This document shows positions 17,404 through 26,670 of a stretch of 64,000 nucleotides of DNA, in pieces. Under the pieces are notes generated by a model. The model was not told where the DNA came from. It did not search any database and was given only the letters and a program-made list of their open reading frames with translations. Made by a program: the position numbers and the translations under genes. Positions within the stretch are counted from its first letter, which is position 1, and every line of letters starts with the position of its first letter. The DNA comes from an uncultured Fidelibacterota bacterium (GTDB taxonomy: Bacteria; Fidelibacterota; Marinisomatia; Marinisomatales; UBA1611): NCBI GenBank assembly GCA_913040915.1, contig CAJWHW010000004.1:3367-67366 (forward strand). Reading direction: 5' to 3'.

Positions 17404-19041
17404 TTGACTATGACTATTTTTACTACATTTGACTGGATTGTACTGGCTCTCTTTTTTGGTGTGCTTGGTTATATTATTTGGTGGGTTATCAACCAAAAAC
17501 AAGATTCCACTGAAGAATACTTCTTGGCCGGAAGAAACTTAGGCTGGTTTGTAATTGGAGCTTCAATTTTCGCCTCTAATATAGGCTCTGAACACATTGT
17601 TGGATTAGCAGGAACAGCTGCAAATAGCGGTATGGTTATGGGGCACTATGAATTACATTCTTGGATTATTCTGTTACTGGGTTGGGTATTTGTACCATTT
17701 TATTTACGCAGTACTGTTTTCACAATGCCCGAATTTATCGAGCGTAGATATTCTGAAGAGTCCAGATGGATTTTGACGGTTATTACCCTGATTAGTTATG
17801 TTCTTACGAAAGTGTCTGTTACGGTGTATGCCGGAGCTGTTGTTTTTCAAACTCTAATGGGTATTGAATTTTGGTCGGGAGCACTTACAATCGTTATATT
17901 GACAGGCCTATATACTGTCCTTGGCGGATTAAGAGCAGTAATCTATACTGATGCAATTCAGGCCATAGTCTTATTAGTAGGATCAGCAACCATTACTATT
18001 TTGGGCTTAATAAAGATTGGAGGCTGGAATAATTTAGTTTCTGGAATTGAAGCATCACATTTTAACATGTTTCTGCCAGCAGACCATCCGGATTTTCCTT
18101 GGATCGGTATGGTTTTTGCTCCGCCGATTATAGGTATTTGGTATTGGTGTACAGATCAATATATTGTACAAAGAGTTTTATCAGCGAGGGATGAAACACA
18201 GGCAAGAAGAGGGACCATTTTCGCAGGATATTTAAAGATATTACCTATTTTTATGTTTTTTATCCCAGGGTTAATTGCTTATGCCCTATCTAAATCAGGT
18301 CAAATGAGCTATGGATCATCTGATCAAGTTTTCCCAATGCTTGTTAGAGACCTTTTACCCTCTGGTATCCGCGGTCTGGTAGCTGGCGGACTTTTAGCTG
18401 CTTTGATGAGTTCTCTTTCTTCAGTTTTCAATTCTTGTTCCACATTATTTACAATGGATATTTATAAAAAACTTAATCCAAATGTTGAAGAAAAAAAGCT
18501 AGTATTTGTTGGCCGACTAGCTACAGGTATTGTGGTGTTAACTGGAATATTGTGGATACCTTTAATGAAAGTTGTCAGCAGTGGTGGGCTATACAAATAT
18601 TTGCAAAGTGTTCAGGCATATATAGCACCACCAATTGCAGCAGTATTTTTACTTGGGATATTCTGGAAAAGAATCAATGCAAACGGTGCTCTGGCTACCT
18701 TGATAAGTGGTTTTTCAGCTGGGATGCTGCGCCTTTTTCTAGAGATAAAGAAGGAAACTCTTTCATCCGGTTTTTGGCTCAGCGTTGCAGAGCTTAATTT
18801 TCTCTATTTTGCAATTTTCTCATTTTTATTTTCAGTCATAATATTGATAGTGGTAAGTCTATTTACTCCTGAACCTAATCTGGACAAACTACAGGGGCTC
18901 ACTTTTGGCACAGTGACACAGGAAGATAAAAAATTGTCACAACAAAGTTGGGTTAATTCAGATTTAATCCATTCTGTAGTAATTGTTCTCATCCTGATAT
19001 TAATATTGGTTTATTTTTCGCCGCTTGGCATTGGAGGTTAA
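17404..19041 (+). CDS. sodium:solute symporter (SSF/SGLT-like)
   Basis: It has YFLAGRNLGWFVIGASIFASNIGSEHIVGLAG, about 13-14 TM segments and a GLRAVIYTDAIQ motif. The start is either TTG 17404 or ATG 17410. Confidence 0.85.
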   Translation: MTMTIFTTFDWIVLALFFGVLGYIIWWVINQKQDSTEEYFLAGRNLGWFVIGASIFASNIGSEHIVGLAGTAANSGMVMGHYELHSWIILLLGWVFVPFYLRSTVFTMPEFIERRYSEESRWILTVITLISYVLTKVSVTVYAGAVVFQTLMGIEFWSGALTIVILTGLYTVLGGLRAVIYTDAIQAIVLLVGSATITILGLIKIGGWNNLVSGIEASHFNMFLPADHPDFPWIGMVFAPPIIGIWYWCTDQYIVQRVLSARDETQARRGTIFAGYLKILPIFMFFIPGLIAYALSKSGQMSYGSSDQVFPMLVRDLLPSGIRGLVAGGLLAALMSSLSSVFNSCSTLFTMDIYKKLNPNVEEKKLVFVGRLATGIVVLTGILWIPLMKVVSSGGLYKYLQSVQAYIAPPIAAVFLLGIFWKRINANGALATLISGFSAGMLRLFLEIKKETLSSGFWLSVAELNFLYFAIFSFLFSVIILIVVSLFTPEPNLDKLQGLTFGTVTQEDKKLSQQSWVNSDLIHSVVIVLILILILVYFSPLGIGG

Positions 19042-19119
19042 TAATATATTGCCAGTGTTTACGATTAGGTAAAAAGAACACGTAGCTTTTGACTAACTCA
19101 AATAAAGCTAGGGCACATT

Positions 19120-19479
19120 TTAAATCCAGACATCGTTCTCAGTTGTGAGTGAACCACCAGCGTCTCCAGTATTGGTTACCCCTTTTGGTTCTATGATCAT
19201 AATCTGGCATTCGTTCTGTGCTGCCGGTTTGTGTTTCATACCCTTGGGAACAACAATCATTTCACCCTTTGACAGTGTTACGGTTTTATCAGGGAATTCA
19301 ATGGTCAGTTCACCATCCAGTACGATGAATGCTTCGTCCGTATCTTCATGAGCATGCCAGATAAACTCACCATCCACCTTTGCAAGTTTGAACTGATAAT
19401 CATTCATTTCAGCGATTACCTTTGGTGTCCAGTGATCCGAAATTTTTTCGAGTTTTTCAGAAAGATTGATTATTTGCAA
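19120..19479 (-). CDS. cupin domain protein
   Basis: It is a 119-aa protein with cupin motifs (WHAHEDTDEAFIVLDG...; ...GEMIVVPKGMKHKP). It lies 8 nt downstream of purF. Confidence 0.7.
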   Translation of the reverse strand: MQIINLSEKLEKISDHWTPKVIAEMNDYQFKLAKVDGEFIWHAHEDTDEAFIVLDGELTIEFPDKTVTLSKGEMIVVPKGMKHKPAAQNECQIMIIEPKGVTNTGDAGGSLTTENDVWI

Positions 19480-19487
19480 AGGATGTC

Positions 19488-20975
19488 CTAAGTAATCGGG
19501 TTTCCCGTATTGCGATCATTCACACGCATGGTTTCCATTTCAACTACCTTGGCTGCATCAATATCATTAGCCACGTAATTTCCATCCAGGCAGGCCATAC
19601 ATGGTCGGTCAATGTGATGATCCCCTCTGCGGGTTACTGCCTCCACAAGATCATCGATGGTTTGATAGAGCAGGGCATCCACTTCCATATATGCTTCAAT
19701 GGCATCTTCTGTCATATTTCCTGCGATAAGTTCATCCTTGGTAGGCATATCCACGCCGTAAAAGCAAGGCGATTTCACAGGAGGGCAAGCCACAGCGAAA
19801 TAGACTTCCTTTGCCCCGAAATCTTTAAGCATACGAACGATCTCCCAACTGGTATTCCCTCGGACAATGCTGTCATCCATGATCATGACTTTTTTATTTC
19901 TGATTTCTAATTCCTGAGGTACCAGCTTGTATTTTACAGATTTTTTCCGTTCCGCTTGCCCTGGCATAATAAAGGTTCTGCCGATGAACGTGTTTTTGTA
20001 CAGGCCTTCCGAATAACGAACACCAAGTTCATGAGCAAAGGATAGTGCAGCGGTATTGGCCGTGCTCGGTGCAGGTATCACAATATCCGGTATTTTATTT
20101 GGATATTTTTTTTGCCAGGCTTCTGCCAGATTTTGCCCCATGCGCAGGCGTGCCCTGTATACACTCACATCATTCAGGGTGGAATCAGGGCGGGCAAAAT
20201 ATACATATTCAAAAATGCAGGGATTGAATTCCTTCTTTATTAGGCGCTTGTTGAAAACCTGTCCACTTTCATCCACGTAAATTAATTCACCGGGCAGTAC
20301 AGTTCCGGTGGGCTCATATCCTAGTGCATAAAACATGGTGTTTTCGGAAGCAAAAATATAATCTTTTCTGCCATTACCATTCGATCGCTGCCCCTTAACC
20401 AGAGGACGAATCCCCTGGGGGTCTCTAAAAACAACAAGTCCTTTGCCAATAATAATACATGTAACGGAATATGCCCCCGTTACTTTATTAAAAATATTTT
20501 TGACTGCTTCACATAGCAGTTCAAAGAATTCTTCACTAGTTTGGGGAGGAATTTCTTTATGCAATGCGTCAGCAAATAAATGCAATAGCACTTCTGAATC
20601 ACTGGTTGTATTTAGGTACCTTGTTTCTTTTTTTGTTACTTCAGAAGCCATCTCATTATAGTTTGTTAAATTGCCGTTATGGGCTAGTGCAATACCGTAA
20701 GGAACTGATGTCCAAAAAGGTTGGACCTCTCCATGACTAAATCCGCCGTGAGTAGGATAGCGGTTGTGAGAAATACCAATGTTCCCCGTTAGAAGCTGCA
20801 TGTTTTCTTTATTGAAAATTTCTTTGGCTAGGCCGACCCCTTTCTCTTTATGCATTCGGTCGTCATAAGTCATGATGCCAGCGGCGTCTTGTCCTCGGTG
20901 CTGTAGGTGAATTATACTATCGTAAAGCTCAGCGGCAACAGGTTTATGAGAAAATATTCCGGCGATTCCGCACAT
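19488..20975 (-). CDS. purF: amidophosphoribosyltransferase
   Basis: It has the N-terminal nucleophile MCGIAGIF and the PRPP loop VMIMDDSIVRGNT. Confidence 0.95.
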   Translation of the reverse strand: MCGIAGIFSHKPVAAELYDSIIHLQHRGQDAAGIMTYDDRMHKEKGVGLAKEIFNKENMQLLTGNIGISHNRYPTHGGFSHGEVQPFWTSVPYGIALAHNGNLTNYNEMASEVTKKETRYLNTTSDSEVLLHLFADALHKEIPPQTSEEFFELLCEAVKNIFNKVTGAYSVTCIIIGKGLVVFRDPQGIRPLVKGQRSNGNGRKDYIFASENTMFYALGYEPTGTVLPGELIYVDESGQVFNKRLIKKEFNPCIFEYVYFARPDSTLNDVSVYRARLRMGQNLAEAWQKKYPNKIPDIVIPAPSTANTAALSFAHELGVRYSEGLYKNTFIGRTFIMPGQAERKKSVKYKLVPQELEIRNKKVMIMDDSIVRGNTSWEIVRMLKDFGAKEVYFAVACPPVKSPCFYGVDMPTKDELIAGNMTEDAIEAYMEVDALLYQTIDDLVEAVTRRGDHHIDRPCMACLDGNYVANDIDAAKVVEMETMRVNDRNTGNPIT

Positions 20976-22327
20976 TAGATTAGATCCACTAGTTTAGGGG
21001 CAATGCCTACATATGTTTTGGGAGATAAGGATAATAGAATATTCTTATCTTCCTTAGAGATATTCAATCCCGACACAAATTCTGCCATGGATTCAGCATT
21101 GATGGTTTGTCCGTGAGTCAGTGATTTCAATTGTTCGTAAGCGTTTGGTTTCCCTGATTTTCGTAAAATGGTCTGTACTGCTTCTGCCAGCACTTCCCAG
21201 TGGTTATCCAGCTCATTCCCCATCTGTATTTTATTAATTGTAATTCTCCCCAAGCCTTTTAAAATATTTTTAAGAGCTAAGTAAGAATGCCCTAGAGATA
21301 CACCCTGATTACGCAGAGTGGTAGAATCTGTGAGATCGCGCTGCATGCTTGAGATGGGTAGTTTTACCGCTAGGTGATTTAATAAAGCATTGGCAATCCC
21401 CATGTTCCCTTCCGCATTCTCGAATTGAATGGGGTTAATCTTATGGGGCATTGTGGAAGAGCCTACTTCGCCAGCTACCTTTTTTTGCATCAATACTCCC
21501 CGGCTTATGTAAGCCCAAATATCACGGCACAGGTCAGTCAGAATAGAGTTTACACGTACGATCTGGTGATAACTTTCTGCTAAAGAATCATGGTCTTCAA
21601 TCTGAGTAGTGATAAGATTTGGTTCAAGCCCGAATGATTTAATGAATCTGGATGCAAATCGTGGCCAGTCTGTTTTTGGAGATGCAGTCACATGGGCAGA
21701 CCAGGTGCCGGTAGCACCGCCAAATTTCCCCATCAGAGAATGAGTTTTTATTTTTTTGATTTGTCGATCGAGCCGACCGTAGAACACTGCCAGTTCTTTA
21801 CCAAATGTAGTGGGGGTGGCCGGTTGGCCATGTGTCAAAGAGAGCATGGGAACATTCCTGTACTTACGAGCCAGTCTCTTTAAATACTTATTTATCGCTT
21901 GCAGTGCTGGTAGATACACTTGTTTTAATCCATCCTGCCACATGAGCGAATAGGATAAATTATTCACATCTTCCGATGTCAGAGCAAAATGGATCCAGGG
22001 ATGGATGGATTGTTTAATTCTGCCCTGTATGTAATATTCAATTGCTTTCACATCGTGATTAGTTGTTGATTCAATATTCTTTACTTTTTCTGCAGCAGCA
22101 GTGTTGAAGTTTTTATAGATATTCCGTAGGCGGGCCTGTTCATCTTTGGAAAATGGCGATAGTTCTTGAATGCTCTTTTCATGGCCCAAGGCTATGATAT
22201 ATTCTATCTCCACTTTTAAACGGTATTGCATAAGAGCAGATTCAGAAAAGTATGCAGAAAGGTCCTCTACGCTATTGTTATAACGTCCATCAAGTGGTGA
22301 AATTGCATTGAGTCGACTAGACACCAA
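20975..22327 (-). CDS. purB: adenylosuccinate lyase
   Basis: It has the fumarate-lyase signature GSSTMPHKINPIQFEN and is 450 aa long. Confidence 0.95.
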   Translation of the reverse strand: MVSSRLNAISPLDGRYNNSVEDLSAYFSESALMQYRLKVEIEYIIALGHEKSIQELSPFSKDEQARLRNIYKNFNTAAAEKVKNIESTTNHDVKAIEYYIQGRIKQSIHPWIHFALTSEDVNNLSYSLMWQDGLKQVYLPALQAINKYLKRLARKYRNVPMLSLTHGQPATPTTFGKELAVFYGRLDRQIKKIKTHSLMGKFGGATGTWSAHVTASPKTDWPRFASRFIKSFGLEPNLITTQIEDHDSLAESYHQIVRVNSILTDLCRDIWAYISRGVLMQKKVAGEVGSSTMPHKINPIQFENAEGNMGIANALLNHLAVKLPISSMQRDLTDSTTLRNQGVSLGHSYLALKNILKGLGRITINKIQMGNELDNHWEVLAEAVQTILRKSGKPNAYEQLKSLTHGQTINAESMAEFVSGLNISKEDKNILLSLSPKTYVGIAPKLVDLI

Positions 22328-22703
22328 AAATGCGTTTAACAGCTAACGCACAATTACCTGGATCAACCACAGTAAGTACCGGTGTATTGCTGGGCATTTG
22401 CAGAGTCGAATGAATGTTCACCAGCATATCCGCCTTATCTGAAAAAGGCGGACAGCCTAAGGTGGGAAATGCAGAATTGGCAGCCACGAATCCGGACAGG
22501 GCATTGGATCGTCCGGCGATAGTGATATACACAATATCTTTATTATCTTTATTAGCATTTAAGATATCCAGAACTTTCAGAGGCTCCTTATGTGCTGATG
22601 CTGCATGCTGTTCCCATGCAATTCCGTATTCATCCAGTTTGTCAGTAATTTTTTTCGCGTGGGGTTCATCTGATGTTGAACCCATGATAATCACTGTTTT
22701 CAT
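22317..22703 (-). CDS. purE: class II PurE-type AIR carboxylase (PAICS-like)
   Basis: It has IMGSTSD, SAHKEP (class I has SAHRTP) and IAGRSNALSGFVAANSAFPTLGCPP. The last closely resembles the human PAICS segment [24 protein letters not shown] as I recall it. Confidence 0.85.
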   Translation of the reverse strand: MKTVIIMGSTSDEPHAKKITDKLDEYGIAWEQHAASAHKEPLKVLDILNANKDNKDIVYITIAGRSNALSGFVAANSAFPTLGCPPFSDKADMLVNIHSTLQMPSNTPVLTVVDPGNCALAVKRIFGV

Positions 22704-23686
22704 AATTCATCCTTTAAGTTTGTGTTAATGCGTTTCTGTACTTCCTTACCGGTCTCTGGAAAAGGGAAGGCGACCCCAGTAATGGTTTCGTAGAGATATA
22801 TATAGCGACTGGAAAGTTCAATCACCAAATCAGTCGGGGCCTCCGGCAATGTTTCATCGTTGTAGGGGTCACAATTATCCACGAACCACAGGCGTAGGAA
22901 TTCTTTATCAATATTTTGAGGCTCCTGCCCATTGGAAATACGTTGTTCGTAGGTTTCAGCAATCCAATATCTGCTGGAATCTGGAGTATGGATTTCATCA
23001 ATCAACACAATATTTCCATCGGCGTCTCGTCCCATTTCATACTTAGTATCTACCAAGATCATGCCGTGTTCTGCTGCTTTCTGCTGGCCGAAGGTAAAAA
23101 GTTCCAGAGCCTTCTGACTGCAGTAATCCCAATCTTTCTGGTTCATCCATCCTTCGCTCACAATCTCTGCCGGTGCAATGGGCCGGTCATGGTGTTCCTC
23201 CTTTGTAGTCGGTGTAAGCATATTAGTATCTAGTTTTTGGTTTTTCTTAAGCCCTTCTGGTAGAACATTACCACAATATTGTCGATCACCATTATTATAA
23301 ACCGTCCACAGCGATGTGCTGGTACTACCTGTAATATATCCGCGAACCACAAATTCAATGGGGAAAACATCGCATGTTTTTACCAATGTTACATTGGGGT
23401 CTGGCACATGAAGCACATGGTTTGGAATAATGTTTTTTGTCTGATCAAACCACCAGGCGCTAGTTAGGTTAAGGACCTGTCCCTTAAAGGGAATAGCAGC
23501 CAGCACGCGGTCAAAAGCACTTTGTCGGTCCGTGGTTATCAACGCAATTTTATCTCCCAGGTTATATTGGTCTCTAACCTTGCCGGTCTTTTTGGAACCA
23601 CTGGGAAGATTTGTTTTAGTGAGGGTGTTATTTAATTCCGCCTCGATGCGGTCTTTGTAGTGTTTAGTTGATTCGATAGCATTCAT
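22700..23686 (-). CDS. purC: SAICAR synthetase (long, Ade1-like form)
   Basis: It has GKVRDQY, VVRGYITGS, LVDTKYEMG and DEIHTPDSSRYW. It overlaps purE by 4 nt. Confidence 0.9.
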   Translation of the reverse strand: MNAIESTKHYKDRIEAELNNTLTKTNLPSGSKKTGKVRDQYNLGDKIALITTDRQSAFDRVLAAIPFKGQVLNLTSAWWFDQTKNIIPNHVLHVPDPNVTLVKTCDVFPIEFVVRGYITGSTSTSLWTVYNNGDRQYCGNVLPEGLKKNQKLDTNMLTPTTKEEHHDRPIAPAEIVSEGWMNQKDWDYCSQKALELFTFGQQKAAEHGMILVDTKYEMGRDADGNIVLIDEIHTPDSSRYWIAETYEQRISNGQEPQNIDKEFLRLWFVDNCDPYNDETLPEAPTDLVIELSSRYIYLYETITGVAFPFPETGKEVQKRINTNLKDEL

Positions 23687-24929
23687 GAGATAGTGGGTTG
23701 TATAGTATATTAGTGTTTAATATGTCTTGTAAAACAGTGTTTAAATTACCGCTATTTACGGATACATTCCATATGACACCACGCTTTAATTTGGTAAGTT
23801 CTTGAATTTCAAACCGTTCTGTAAGGGATTCAAATTTTGCACGCCCATGCATATCTTCTTTCTGGCGCACTAAAAAAGACACTGTGTTTTTATCTGCTTT
23901 TGTTTGACTGATAAATTCTTTGTTTGAATTATAAAGCTCTCCTGTGGCATCAATGCGTTTTAAATTTGCATCCCGGTCGCCACTGGTAGAAATTTCCCAA
24001 TGAGTCTGGCGGGAAATAGTGACATCGTGACCAAGTTGATTTAGTGCATTATGTACTGACGCTGCTTCGTTATCGGTAATAATCATATCAATCACCCATT
24101 CTGTTGCCTTCGGGTTTGCTATATGTTCTTGCACTTCGTATTGGGGACGGTCATAGAATAATTTATGTTTTGTGATCGGATTTCCAAGTTCAATAAACTC
24201 TTTCATAGAAGAAAAAATAACATCTCCGTTATCCGTTCGTTCCGGATGAGGCATCATGGCCATAATATTTCCCTGCGTATTGCATACAGCAGCTAGGTTA
24301 TACATAGATCCGTTGGGATTCGTAGGAAACTCATCCATCACGTTTCCGTTGTCATCGCAGTAGCGGTAAACGGTTTGCTCATTAGCAATCATTTTTTCCA
24401 ATAATTCTTCTGGAATGATAAAACGTCCTTCGCCATGGGCTAGCGGTATATTAATAAAATCACCAGTCTTTAAATGACGTGTAAATGCACAGCGTTCAGG
24501 TGAAATAGACATTTGTAGATTAGCCCAGGTATTGTAATAACCCACACCCACAACATGGCCACCTTTTACCCGCTTGTTATCTGTGAGTGCCAATCCGACT
24601 CGGTGATTTGCCATCCCGGGGACGAGCTTGCTTTCTACCAGAATCTGGGCTCCATTGCAGATGCCAAGTACTGGCTTCCCTTTATTTGCCTCAATTTTGA
24701 TCTTCTTCATGATGGGATCCAGGGCCGCAATAACGCCGGCACGGGAGCGGTCTTCATAGGCAAATCCGCCCACAATTATATAACCATGAAAATCTGATAG
24801 TTTTTCGGCCTGCTCATTCCATAGAAATTCAATTGGGTTCAATCCCACGCGGTGGCAAGCCATGATTGTTTCACGTTCTGTATTGGAACCAGGGAATTGA
24901 ATGATTGCAATTTTTGCCATAGAGCTCAC
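23664..24929 (-). CDS. purQ: FGAM synthase glutaminase subunit PurQ fused to two C-terminal PurS-like repeats
   Basis: The N-terminal ~245 aa is PurQ-like (IAIIQFPGSNTERE, GICNGAQIL nucleophile Cys, MMPHPER). The C-terminal ~175 aa contains two ~80-aa segments ending in LYNSNKEF and LYNPLSHECYRI, which resemble the PurS C-terminal L-x-NP-x-x-E-x-Y motif. Confidence 0.8.
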   Translation of the reverse strand: MSSMAKIAIIQFPGSNTERETIMACHRVGLNPIEFLWNEQAEKLSDFHGYIIVGGFAYEDRSRAGVIAALDPIMKKIKIEANKGKPVLGICNGAQILVESKLVPGMANHRVGLALTDNKRVKGGHVVGVGYYNTWANLQMSISPERCAFTRHLKTGDFINIPLAHGEGRFIIPEELLEKMIANEQTVYRYCDDNGNVMDEFPTNPNGSMYNLAAVCNTQGNIMAMMPHPERTDNGDVIFSSMKEFIELGNPITKHKLFYDRPQYEVQEHIANPKATEWVIDMIITDNEAASVHNALNQLGHDVTISRQTHWEISTSGDRDANLKRIDATGELYNSNKEFISQTKADKNTVSFLVRQKEDMHGRAKFESLTERFEIQELTKLKRGVIWNVSVNSGNLNTVLQDILNTNILYNPLSHECYRIN

Positions 24930-25636
24930 AGAGAACTATTTAACCAACTATATATTTTTGTTATTGTTTTTTTACTCATTTCGTGACCAATAGAATCTTC
25001 AAAGTATTCAGCATTAGCCCCCAATCCATCAAAAAAGGCTTTTGCCTGTATTGACCATTTTTTACTAAAACTATCTTCTGTTCCATGCAAAATCAAAACA
25101 TTCAGATCTTTATAATCATCTTCAGAGTTTCTTAATGTATATTTAATTGGAATACGTGCACTATGAGCAAAGATACCTGCAAAATATTCTGGATGGGATA
25201 GGCCCAAATTAAAGGCCATAATCCCTCCTTGGCTAAAGCCACCTATAAATACATTAGAAATATCATAATTGTATTGTTTGTTGATTGTGTCAATAGTAGA
25301 GAGTATTCTTTGTTTACTATGTTCGATCTGTGTCTGATTGGATGCAGTATCTCCATCAATAATGCTAAACTCATACCATCTATTTAAAAAGCCCAACATA
25401 AATCCATAAGGTGCTTCTATGGATACAATAAGAAACCGATCATCAATAATTTCAATTACATCATTAAATTGATTTTTATTGCTCCCGTATCCATGTAATA
25501 AGAATAACACAGGCGGTTTTTCTCCAACATCTTTATGCATTTTTAATTTATATTGTAATGGTACATTGTTACTCGTGGCAAAAAGCACACAAAACACAAT
25601 AATTAATACTAACAATGATGATAATATTCGTTTCAT
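24926..25636 (-). CDS. secreted alpha/beta hydrolase (phospholipase/carboxylesterase-like)
   Basis: It has a signal peptide (MKRILSSLLVLIIVFCVLFATS), a nucleophile elbow GFSQGG and a late HGTEDS/GH pair. It has 4-nt overlaps with both purM and purQ. Confidence 0.7.
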   Translation of the reverse strand: MKRILSSLLVLIIVFCVLFATSNNVPLQYKLKMHKDVGEKPPVLFLLHGYGSNKNQFNDVIEIIDDRFLIVSIEAPYGFMLGFLNRWYEFSIIDGDTASNQTQIEHSKQRILSTIDTINKQYNYDISNVFIGGFSQGGIMAFNLGLSHPEYFAGIFAHSARIPIKYTLRNSEDDYKDLNVLILHGTEDSFSKKWSIQAKAFFDGLGANAEYFEDSIGHEMSKKTITKIYSWLNSSL

Positions 25637-26670
25637 TTGAAGCTCACTATACTGCTCCCAGCTACTATGGTACCTATATCATAAATATGAGTTAATTCTT
25701 TCAGCGCATCTTTCACTAATTTCACATCGTTTGCATCCACAATAAAGACCATTCCAATACCCATATTAAAAGTACGAAACATTTCATCTTCATCTACATT
25801 ACCGATGGTTTGCATCACATCAAAAACCGGTAGGATTGGCCAAGATCTTTTTTGAATTTCTACTCCGCAGCCATCCGGTAAAATGCGTGGCATATTTTCT
25901 ACCAATCCGCCGCCGGTGATGTGGGCAACCCCTTTGATATCAACTCCGGCATCAAGCGTTGCAAATACATGCTTTGTATAATTAATATGGGGTTCAAGCA
26001 AAGTCAACCCAACAGACTTATCCAATCCAGGAATGGGGTCATTCACATCATATCCGCCAATTTCAAAAAAGAGTTTTCGGGCAAAGGAATATCCATTGGT
26101 GTGTAATCCATTAGAAGGCAACCCCAAGACCGAATGACCAGGCACAATTTTTTTGCCGTTAATAATGTTATCTTTTTCAACAACTCCAGTAATAACGCCT
26201 ACTAAATCGTGCTCGCCAGGCAGATATGTGTCAGGCATTTCTGCTGTTTCTCCACCCACCAAAGAAACACCTGTATCCTGACAGGCTTTCACCATTCCAG
26301 ATACAATCTCTTCAATAATTGTCGGATTTAGTTTGTCGTTTGCAATATAATCCAAAAAAGTGAGTGGTCGGGCACCCATGACTAAAATATCATTGGCGCA
26401 GGCGCTTAACAGATCAATGCCAATTGTATCGAATTTGCCTAGCTTTCTGGCAATGATGATCTTAGTACCTACACCGTCAATACTTTGCACCATGACAGGA
26501 TTCTTGTAACCATTAAGAATAGATTTAAGATCATAAAGGGAACCGAAACTGCCAAGACTAGTCAGCACATTAGATGTAAAAGTGGACTTTACGCCATCTT
26601 TGATGCGATTAACTGCTTCATTACCGGCATCAATATCAACGCCAGCTGATTTGTAGTCCAGCTTGCTCAT
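25633..26670 (-). CDS. purM: phosphoribosylformylglycinamidine cyclo-ligase (AIR synthetase)
   Basis: It has the SIDGVGTK motif and the AIRS/AIRS_C architecture, and is 345 aa long. Confidence 0.95.
   Translation of the reverse strand: MSKLDYKSAGVDIDAGNEAVNRIKDGVKSTFTSNVLTSLGSFGSLYDLKSILNGYKNPVMVQSIDGVGTKIIIARKLGKFDTIGIDLLSACANDILVMGARPLTFLDYIANDKLNPTIIEEIVSGMVKACQDTGVSLVGGETAEMPDTYLPGEHDLVGVITGVVEKDNIINGKKIVPGHSVLGLPSNGLHTNGYSFARKLFFEIGGYDVNDPIPGLDKSVGLTLLEPHINYTKHVFATLDAGVDIKGVAHITGGGLVENMPRILPDGCGVEIQKRSWPILPVFDVMQTIGNVDEDEMFRTFNMGIGMVFIVDANDVKLVKDALKELTHIYDIGTIVAGSSIVSFK

Noticed and set aside
19042-19119. An AT-rich hairpin, TAGCTTT...AAAGCTA, between the convergent symporter and cupin genes, considered as a bidirectional terminator.
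   Set aside because: The 7-bp stem is A/T-rich with a 14-nt loop and has no clear T-run on either strand. It is too weak to call.
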